Part shown: positions 54,500-64,000 of the stretch, one piece after another
Layout: every line of letters starts with the position of its first letter
Position numbering within the stretch: position 1 is the stretch's first letter
Origin: the human T2T-CHM13v2.0 reference genome, Homo sapiens
Strand: one strand, 5' to 3'
Length of the DNA: 64,000 nt
NCBI RefSeq assembly: GCF_009914755.1
Contig: NC_060925.1
Notes under the pieces: model-generated
What the model was told of the DNA's origin: nothing
Database searches by the model: none
The model's input: the letters and a program-made list of their open reading frames with translations, nothing else
Program-made: the position numbers and the translations under genes

Positions 54500-54935
54500 G
54501 TGAGTTCTTGATCCCATACAGTTGAATTAGAGTTGGCTTCCAATTGCTTTAAACAATGGGTCATGGTGTAGTGTTGCTCAATGGCTTCTGAGGCTCTCAC
54601 AAATGGCATGTAGCTTTCACCTGGTTGTCTTGATATTCTCACTATCTCCAGGCTCCTTTGCTGGCTATGCCATTTTAAAACTCAGAACGCATGTTGTGCG
54701 ACATCCAACCTAAATGGATTGGCTACATGTTCCTTTCAGTCTAGGAGTCCCAGATAAACCAATTTTCCAGCCTTCTCAGCCCAGATGACAGACACATAAT
54801 TGAAAGACCTGTGTTTAAAGTGGATCCTCTAGTATCAATGATTTCAGCCCGGAGCCATTCATTTCTTCCTAAGTGACCCACAGATTTCACGAACAAAATA
54901 AAATGGTCATTGTTTTGTGCCACTAAGATGTTACT
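54500..54935 (+). mobile_element. Old MLT1 (G/H-like) LTR remnant flanked by MIR pieces
   Basis: 'gacccacagatttcacgaacaaaataaaatggtcattgttttgtgccactaag'; upstream MIR motif 'caatttccctcatctgaaaaa'. Confidence 0.55.
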
Positions 54936-57665
54936 ATATTAATAATTCATAGAGTTATTGTGAAATAACAAATTTATAGAGAATATTTGAACAAATGAAA
55001 AACACATTATGAATATTATAAAAATAAGTTATATAAAATTATATGATTTCATAAGCATAGTGGACAAATAAATATGTCTAAAAATATCTGAATTCTGTTT
55101 ATTAATGACGAATTGGATCAAAGAGGCTATCTTTAAAGTTAGGAGACTTCAGACTATGTCCTGTTATTCTGAGTTTGATATTATATTAGACATGTAACAT
55201 TCTCTTGTTCCAAGTTCTCATTAATGCCATTATCAGAAACAAATGCTAGACAAACTGTAGAATTAAACCATATGAAATATGTAGTAACTGTGAACTGGAT
55301 TTCTCTTTTTATTCTGAATGTCATTTATTTACATCCTTAGATGGGGGGTAGGGATAGAACTTAGCCCTGGTATTGAAAGCATGCCAATATGTTGAAAATA
55401 AAATCCAAGAACTAATGCTCAGGAACAAATTGCATTCCACACTGAAAGTAAAGCTGTAAGGTATTCCAAGAGAGAGCTGAGATGCATGTTATTCAAGTGT
55501 GCAAAATGACTTCTTCATGAGGATTTTGTAAGAGTTGAATACTAAATTGGCCAGACTACAACAGGCAAATCGTATGTTAGATCAGAAGTAGACACTTTAG
55601 TTTCATGACTCATTGACTCAGAAACCTGTCTTAAAGGTATTAAGGAAGGAAAAGAAAAAGAAGCAAAAGCACAACAAAAAATAGGATATCTATCACAAAC
55701 TATGTCAGTAAGGGTGAAAAAATAGTGTGATTCATGGAATTGTAGAAATAGAGAATCCAATTTATCAGGAAAAACTTCTAACACCTGGCATTTTTTGACA
55801 CTCAAAAAATTGCAATAACATTTTCTCCCTGAGTTAAGATCTCAGCATCTATGAAGGATAGCACAGTGATCAAATATTAGACATAAAAGAGTTCTGTGTT
55901 TAATATTTTAAAGATGTTATAGCTTTCTCACATAATTATATAATAAAGTTGATATGTAAACCACAGCATGTCAGAGAAACATGCAAATGTAAATAACTCA
56001 AATTTGATAATAAAGTATATAGTTTAGAGTATGATTTTATAAATTTGGTATAGAGTGTTTTCTGGCTCAGATAAAAAAGTATATCCAAATTACTTATCCT
56101 AATAACATATTGCACTTCTCATAATATTACAAATATATGCCAAATACAAAATATATATATATCATGTATATATAGAAAACAAAATCTTTGTAATATATTT
56201 ATAGTTATATAAATGTAATATTTTATAATACATATATATTATATATAAAAATATGGAGAATTTATATAGTGTTTATATATATTTTAAAATGTTACATCTG
56301 GTTATTAGTGGCATTGGTGGTCACTAGTGGCAAATTAGGAGACTATTATATGTATATATACACTATGTATATTCTATATATGTAGTATATACATATACAA
56401 AAATATTTTATGTATATATATACACAAATTCAATATATATATAATACACATTCTCATCAACACAGTTATAGTGCTTTACAAATTATTTTTAGACACAGGA
56501 ACACTGAGGAAAAAATAAAAACAAACAAGATTGCATAGTTCTGTGACAAGAAGAAAGCCTTGAGCTGTAAATTCAGAATAAGCACATAAAATGGAAAACA
56601 TTGAGTCAGCCCTATTTTTATTGATATTTTGTTACTTGTATCTTGATAAAAGAATAAGAAATTTTTCAGGCCAGTTCAGACAAGACTGAATGTAGTACAG
56701 TAACAAGTTCTAATACACATCAAGAAATTCTCTGATGAAATTATTTTTTTCTTAGTGAAACTGAAACATAATTATGCTAAGAGAGGGTCGAGATAATAGT
56801 AAAATAACTCTGTATCTGTGTTTATGTGTGTTGGAAAAAGGCCACATAAAACTATGCAAAGAGAGGTCATATTTTCAACTAATATGTAGGTGATTCAAAA
56901 AGGATTAGGCATTCAAAATTATAATTCATTTATTTATTAAATATGGACATATAGTTAAGCAGATGTTTAAAGGGAATGATACTGACTTTACTGTAGTTTT
57001 ATAAACTATGATATGTACTTCTTGTGCCAAGGGTAAACCTCAATCTGATAATCTAATGCAGTGCTTCTAAAAATTATTGTATGCAATTTGAGGAAGATAA
57101 TTAAAAAATAAGTTTGCTAGTTTTTATAATTTACTCTCAATATTTTTCTTGTTATACATAAGATAAGAGTTAACAATTCTAAACACTGAGAATTAGATTA
57201 GGAAAATTATCATCCTCTTAATTATTAGGACACTATAATTTTCTAAGAATGAATACAAAACATAAATACATGTGGAATGGAGAGACATTTACATTTGTTG
57301 AAAAACAGATATGTTTTAGGCACTTTGTTAAAAGGTAGGAGATAAGATATAGTAGATCAGTTACTAAATTTCAATGTGAAAGTGTTGTTACAGATGTTCC
57401 AGAGAGCCAAAAAGGCAAAGCATGAACATTGCACTCATATCCAGCTATCATGGAATGTCTCCTAGAAGAATGTAGATGCTTGAACAGTTCACTAAATGTG
57501 AGAAGTAGCTAGGTGAAATAAGTCTTGGGTCAGGAAGAGTTATTGGAAGAGCAAAGGGCATATAAAGATACATAGAAGTATAAGAGTTTTTGGGGAAACT
57601 GCAAGGAACTTGGTATGTGAAAAGATTTAGAGATACACTTTAGAAAGGTCAGTAGAAACAAGATG

Positions 57666-57696
<31 letters not shown>

Positions 57697-57835
57697 TCTG
57701 CCAATGTTCTATGATGCCTTGTTAAATCAATGATCTTCCTATCCTTCAATTCTTCAACTACTCCTTCCATACTAGAGTTTATCTTTCATAATTCCAGCAT
57801 ATTTAAATAACTTCTCTTAAAAAGAAAACAAACTC

Positions 57836-57903
57836 ATATATATATATACACACACATATATATACATACATATATACACACATATATATACATACATATA
57901 TAT

Positions 57904-57978
<75 letters not shown>

Positions 57979-57988
57979 TATATATATG
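57836..57988 (+). repeat. (TA)n/(CA)n compound microsatellite including perfect (TA)24
   Basis: TA 57913-57960 followed by (CA)9 at 57961-57978. Confidence 0.95.
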
Positions 57989-59149
57989 GCCATATGGTTG
58001 GCATCTTTATTTGCCAAGCTAAAGAGATTAACTATATTGCCCAAACAATTTGGAAATTCTTAAGCTATTTAAAAATCTTAAAATAGTATGCTGAGACTTA
58101 AGTTTACCAAACACCATGACAGCGTTTAGAGCATGTCTTCCCTCAGCAGATATGCAAAGAAACCCACTGAGTAGGGAAGGAATGTAACAAGACTACTGTT
58201 TACCTATAAAAAATAAGTGTGTAATTGTATTTATCAATATTTAATATTTAGCCCATTCTAACCCTCCAATGTGGTTTCTGTGGGTTTTGTTTAAACAAAA
58301 TATTTACAATATTATTTTTTAACTGAAACGAGATAGGAAAGTGGAGAAAACATTTCATTGCTCAGAGGCTTTCTAATTATCTTGTGGAATGTTATAAAGT
58401 ATTTTTAAGCTTAAAAATGCCATCTATTTTTATCTTTCACACAAATATCAACCATTTCAAATGTGTGGACCATTACTTTCCTATGAAAATCTTATTAGTA
58501 TTACAGTAACTTGCAGGGATTTTTGGAAAGAGAAATATGTCTAATATGTCTCTTTAATTTAATTTTTAAAATAAAATTTAAATAATGGATGATAAAATAT
58601 TTACCTAAAATTTTGTTCTGTGGAGAGAACATTTTTAAAATAATTATTTGTGGATGTTATCATAAATGATTTCTTTTTTTTTTTTTGCTAAAAAGGAATA
58701 GCTGACATTTCACTAAATTTATCAAAGCTGATAAAAAAATTTTCACGAGGTTGAAAATGCTCAAGTGAGCAGTCTCTGCTGTTAACAGTCTTATTACAAT
58801 ATTCAAAACAACTTCAAATATAGTTTTAAGAACAAATGACTGATATCAGGGAAGATTACAATTTACTACCTTAAAATAAATACAATTTGTCTAATAAGGT
58901 GTAGTCAATAATGCATTTTTAACTGTTTAATATCCTAATCTACTTACTTTTTATGATTGGGATGGGATTTGGGGATAAGAATATTTTGGTTTGGACAGCA
59001 CTGCCATCCCATAGATGATTGCTTCGCACTTAGTAAATTGTCAATAAATGAATAAAATGAAGGAAAAAATTTCAAGGGGGACTTGAAGATAATAAACAAT
59101 ATGATGAATCAGACAATTAAGAAATGGCATAAGGAGATTTAAAAGCTAA

Positions 59150-59700
59150 AAATGAATGTCTGAGTGACATCAATTTAAGGGACAATTAAGTAAAAATACA
59201 CAGCAGAGTAATAAAAAAACAATACTTCATTGAAAAATAGAAATATCCCCAAATGGTGCAATAGAAGTAATAGTGGTGTGAAATTTTAAAGACGGTTTAG
59301 TCAATGTAAAAGATAGAGCAAATAAGATAAAAACCAGAAATTGTCCACTTGTTTTGATAAAATGTGACCCACAGGTAAACTTACCAGAGAAGTATCAATG
59401 TTACCGCACTAAATCTGTGTTAGAAAAAGAAATTGGCTTTCATAATATGTTATCAGTAAGAAATTAATGGCAGAAAATATAGATACATTTTTATTAAGGA
59501 AATAAAATCAGAGATGCTACAGAAGATAGAGTTTGCTTTCCTTTTAAGAGAAGTTATTTAAATATGCTGGCATTATGAAAGATGAACTCTAGTATGGAAG
59601 GAGTAGTTGAAGAATTGAAGAATAAGATCATTGATTTAACAAAGCATCATAGAACATGGGCAGAAGTAGAGAGTTAACTCTGGTTATGAGGACACATGTC
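59150..59700 (-). mobile_element. L2 fragment, diverged
   Basis: 'aaataagataaaaaccagaaattgtccacttgttttg...gtaaacttaccagagaagtatcaatg' resembles the L2 core. Confidence 0.45.
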
Positions 59701-60898
59701 TCTGTAGCGAAACAGGAGGAAAATGTAGGAAAAGACAGATACAGATAGTAGATGATAAGAAATAATGAGTAATTGCTGGGTATTTACATTTTCTAAGTAG
59801 TAGGAGTTATAATATCCTTTATGAAAGTAAAGAGACAAAAATTAGTCTCAACACAAGAGAAATGTTGGAATAACCAATTAATAGAATATGAGAGAGAACT
59901 GAATTTTATCGTGGAGTAGGATTCCTGGGGCATTACTGAAGATTACTTGTGCTTTTTCTAAAGGTTCTCAGCAATTTAGGTATGATAATAGACGGGCCAG
60001 ATAGTAGTACCTATTGAGGTTGTTTAAAAGAAGGTAACCGAGTAGGTGAGTCAGAAGCAATTCTGCATTCCAAGAAGCACTTGCCTATGTAATGAGGATC
60101 TCTGAGGACTCAGGGTTACCTACTCATGGTCTATTTACAAAAGTAATAATATACTTATTGAAGATTTTCTTGCAATTTAAAAAAGTAGTCAATAAACTGA
60201 GTCTTTTAAGTATGATTTCTGCACCATTAAGCAAATGATATGAACAGTCTAGAAATATTCTAATATTCAACCACATGCCTTCATTGATTTAGAGGTATCA
60301 GAATCACATCTTAAGATGGTTAAATTAATTAAGATCTGTCTTTAATTATAATATAGTTGTTAATAAAACATCATTGTAATTTTGGCTTCCTGCAGAAAAG
60401 AACAAGCATTAACATAATTAATTGAGTATTCTGGGATGTTTACCATTTATAATATCCACTACAAATTAATAAATTCACCTTTGGTTTACTAATTGCTCCA
60501 TTGCATGAATAAGCAAATTGATGCTGTTTCTCAACAATTTGAATTGGTTTGTGTGAATACATAAAGTGGAGTTTTCAAACTTACAAATATGGAGACAACA
60601 TTATTTTATGTGTTTTATGTGTTTCTTTCTGTTAATAATAAAATATAACATCTTAAAATGTGGAATTCTAAAATTAAAGTACTATTAATAATAGTTATTG
60701 AAGGTAAAAATATAAAATAAAATTGGAGGATAGCCAACAGTAGTTCTTTCTTCATAATATTTAAGAATTTATTTAACCAAAAATATAACTATAACAGTGT
60801 AGTTTAATTTGAGGATATTTAACAGTTTAAAATATTTCATAATCATAATAACAGAACAGGCTTCCAAATGATTCATAGGCAATGCAGGCTTAATTCAA

Positions 60899-61281
60899 TT
60901 GTTAGTTAGCTATAATATGGCAAAATCCCAGTGGCTTGGCATAATACAAATGTATTTACTGTTCACACATAATTCACTAAATTTTCAGTTACTAGTTCCT
61001 CTCCAGGGAACTGCCCGCAGGTAGTCACTCTACAGTCTAGTTATTTTCTGCTTTTCCAATTTCACCATCCTCACATTAAAACCACATTTATAATCACTAC
61101 TGCTCAAGCAGAGAAAACCTACAGAATTACCCACCAGGTATCAAGTGTTTCTACCTATAAGTGACATTGATTAAAACAAGTTATGTACACCTAAGTTCAA
61201 TAAAGTGAAGAGTTGAAACTCTCCTATGTGTCCACAGGAAAGAGAACCAGAAATATAGTGTGCAACAATAATGTTCATCAC
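60899..61281 (-). mobile_element. Old MLT1 (K/L-like) LTR remnant
   Basis: 'aaatcccagtggcttggcataatacaaatgtatttact'...'cctatgtgtccacaggaaagagaaccagaaata...aatgttcatcaca'. Confidence 0.55.
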
Positions 61282-63799
61282 ACACATATTATTAACATAC
61301 ATTAATTTGTCTGCTAATATTTTCATCTGTCTCAAGATGATATTTAATTTTTTAAAAATTAATTTTCACTGACCATCTTTTCTACAATGTTCAAATTAAA
61401 ATCAAAAGGTTATTGAACTTTACTTCCTTGTAGCCTTTGTAACTCTTTCTCCTTATCCCCAACTGTTTATTGGTCTCTCTTTTCTGTCCCAACCTCACTG
61501 TTTTGCTTTTCCCTTTTCCCAGAAAGTCACTCCTTTTATTTCCTAATTACCTTACTTCTTTCTGAGCTATTTTTGCCTCACTCTTTTATTTTCCCTACTT
61601 TATTTTTCTTAGATAGCCTAATAACTTTTAATAACCATTAGTGTTTTAATAATTATTTTGATAACCTACTTATTATACATGCTTAATAATGGTTCATTGA
61701 GCTCTAGAATTTATAGAATGTGTTATAAAATATCATAAATAAAATAGTGCCATTTTGGCAAAAGAATATATATATGTAAGCAAAGAGAAACTATTTTTAA
61801 ATTTATTGTAAGAAGTTATCTTTCAAAGCAGAAGTAAGAATGTCAGTCTATTACAAAATATCAGAAATATTGGCAACCTTTGTTAAGTATAGTTTCTCCC
61901 TTACAACATACAATAAATAAATTCCAAATGCATCAAAGATTTACAGTATACCTAGAATCATAAATTATCTTTAGAATATCATCATGGAATATACAAATGT
62001 GTGTGTACACACAAGAATAGGTGTTTTTCTGTGTCTACAAAGATATTTACATTAGTGTTTATGATGTCAAACATTAGAGATTATATATTGTTAAATTTGG
62101 GAGATTTTCAAATAAATGTGATATACCAATTCTATACAAAGGAAAGTACACTAGTTTGTATATGTAAATAATATATTATTAGGTTAACAAAATAGATTAG
62201 TTAAAATGTTAAAACCATATTTTAAAATTATACATCTTCATATGTAACTAAATAGATGTATTAGGCAAATATAGAAATACATATGCATATTTTCTGTACA
62301 TTTCATAGTGATTATCACTGATTTACAAAGTTAACCATCATTTTCATTTTCTAGTGAGTGTTGTTCTATACTTTCCAAACTGATAACAGGTTATTATAAG
62401 AACAGTTCAGTGAATACAATTAATGTTCAATAAGGGCAAGTTCGTTAGTAGGAAATTTGTTTTATAAGATATAAAGTATGTGATGTCAGAGAGAAATCTG
62501 ATGCCTTTTTGATATTGATCAATGAAATACACATATAGTCATAATCTACTGGTTTCTTTTAAAGCTTGGAAAAAAAAGAATCTAATAAAAATAAAATCTG
62601 AATGTAGTAAAAAATCTAAATGTAGTATTACATTTGAAAATGCATTTTAAATGTATAAAATGACTAATTAACACAGCTCAAACACTTATACATATGTTTA
62701 GGTCAATGATAGTTTAATTTTAGACTCATCTATTCTTTTTTTCTGAAAGAATAATAATAGTGAAAAATGAGAAATATCTATAAATCCAATATTAGTGTTA
62801 TTTCTGTAAAAATAATCTTATTTCCAGTTTAATCAATTAGAAAAATGTGTCTACTTCTAACGTATGACAGCTTTTATCAAATAAATTCTATTGCAGAGAA
62901 AAAATAAAAAGTCAAGGTGAAACTCAAACAATTGATATTTAAAGACATTGGAAAGAACCAAAGCAGCAGAGATTTAAGGGCTCAAGTTAATGGACACAGG
63001 GGCACTGAATTTAGGCAAATTGTCCTTTTTCCATTAAATTTTTCATTGACAAATTTCCACATTCTTAAACAGATTGGAGTTATGAGTTCCAGAATAAAGT
63101 GGTCCCTCAGAACATTCTGCTGTATGTTGGAGCTGGTGACATATTTTTGGAGTTCTAGAATTTCCAATGCTATCAGAGCTTGAGATGCCAATCAGTATCT
63201 TGAAGAAAATATAACTAAAGAGAAGTCAGTCCAATTTTTCCCTGAATGTATATATCCTTTTCCTAACTTGTGAAGCACCAGAATGTTAAAAATAGAGCAG
63301 AAAGTATGTGGAAGGTAGCTAAAACAAATGAGTTTATTATTCACTATTGTTTATCAATACTGAATAATGTGGGGTTTGGGAAAAAAAATGTAGTTTATGT
63401 TTGGCGACGAGAAAAGACAAAATAAATGCTGTAGCCTTTCAGCATAAATTGCTGGTGAGCTATACTCTAAGGTATAGTTCTCACTTAAGAGTGAAGAAAA
63501 CATAAACCCCTTAGAAAAATTGAAACTGGACTGTTTCTTTACATCTTTCTGTATCCTTACTTTCAAGGTGTGCTTCATGTAGGCAGTTCATACATCAATT
63601 GTGTGTCATATTTCAGTCTGACTCTTTTAGTTTTTTTCAGTGTAAGTACTTAGAAATTTTGGAATCATCTCAGTGCCAGATTGGATCAAGATAACCTGCC
63701 CCTACTCTAACTGCTTGATAAAAGAATAGCGAATGGCCTCTGGAATCAATCAACCAATTAACCAATTCATTAATCAATACAACATAGAAACAAAACAAT

Positions 63800-64000
63800 A
63801 AAGGCAAAATTTCCTCTTTTAAAAAAAGACAAAAATTTTCATAATCCCATAGAAAATTGAATCAGCAAAAAGGATATAGAGTACACAGGCTAGTATCAGA
63901 CATGATAAAAGGAGATCAAAAAGGCATTATAAAGATAAATACGAGAACAACGAGAAGTAAATTGGATAAATTTAGATAAAATGTGTACCTTCTTTATAAA
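63800..64000 (+). mobile_element. Old L1M ORF2 fragment running off the window end
   Basis: 'tagtatcagacatgataaaggagatca...aaattggataaatttagataaaatg' resembles the ORF2 KNDKGDI...NKLENLEEM region. Confidence 0.45.

Noticed and set aside
56140-56450. TA-rich quasi-repeats resembling an array
   Set aside because: Low-complexity sequence with no constant repeat-spacer structure; no CRISPR-like or satellite array is seen anywhere in the window.
52700-64000. Possible host-gene exons in the repeat-poor AT-rich stretch
   Set aside because: No ORF with recognisable homology and no convincing exon. Small or noncoding exons cannot be excluded without transcript alignment.

Overview
AT-rich, repeat-dense primate nuclear DNA, almost certainly human because it carries an essentially unmutated AluYa5 at 52395-52693. 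It looks intergenic or deep intronic. I find no credible protein-coding exon, RNA gene or CpG island: ORF-track entries with recognisable homology are decayed L1, MaLR, Alu or simple-repeat translations, and the rest are short and unsupported. Main content: (i) an ancient minus-strand L1M (about 440-14340) hosting nested MLT1, MER44, L1PA15/16-like (itself containing an MST LTR), LTR15-like and full-length THE1 insertions; (ii) a full-length, TSD-flanked L1PA8-like element (32630-39452); (iii) about 11 Alus, several solo LTRs, L2/MIR remnants and GGAA/GGGA and TA microsatellites. I cannot support a new biological system. The most unusual structure is a ~390 bp orphan retrocopy of a polyadenylated transcript end, with ATTAAA signal, poly(A), TSD and a twin-priming inversion, inserted into the L1 ORF2 endonuclease region (36563-36974). 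Subfamily names come from remembered consensus motifs, not from a RepeatMasker/Dfam run.
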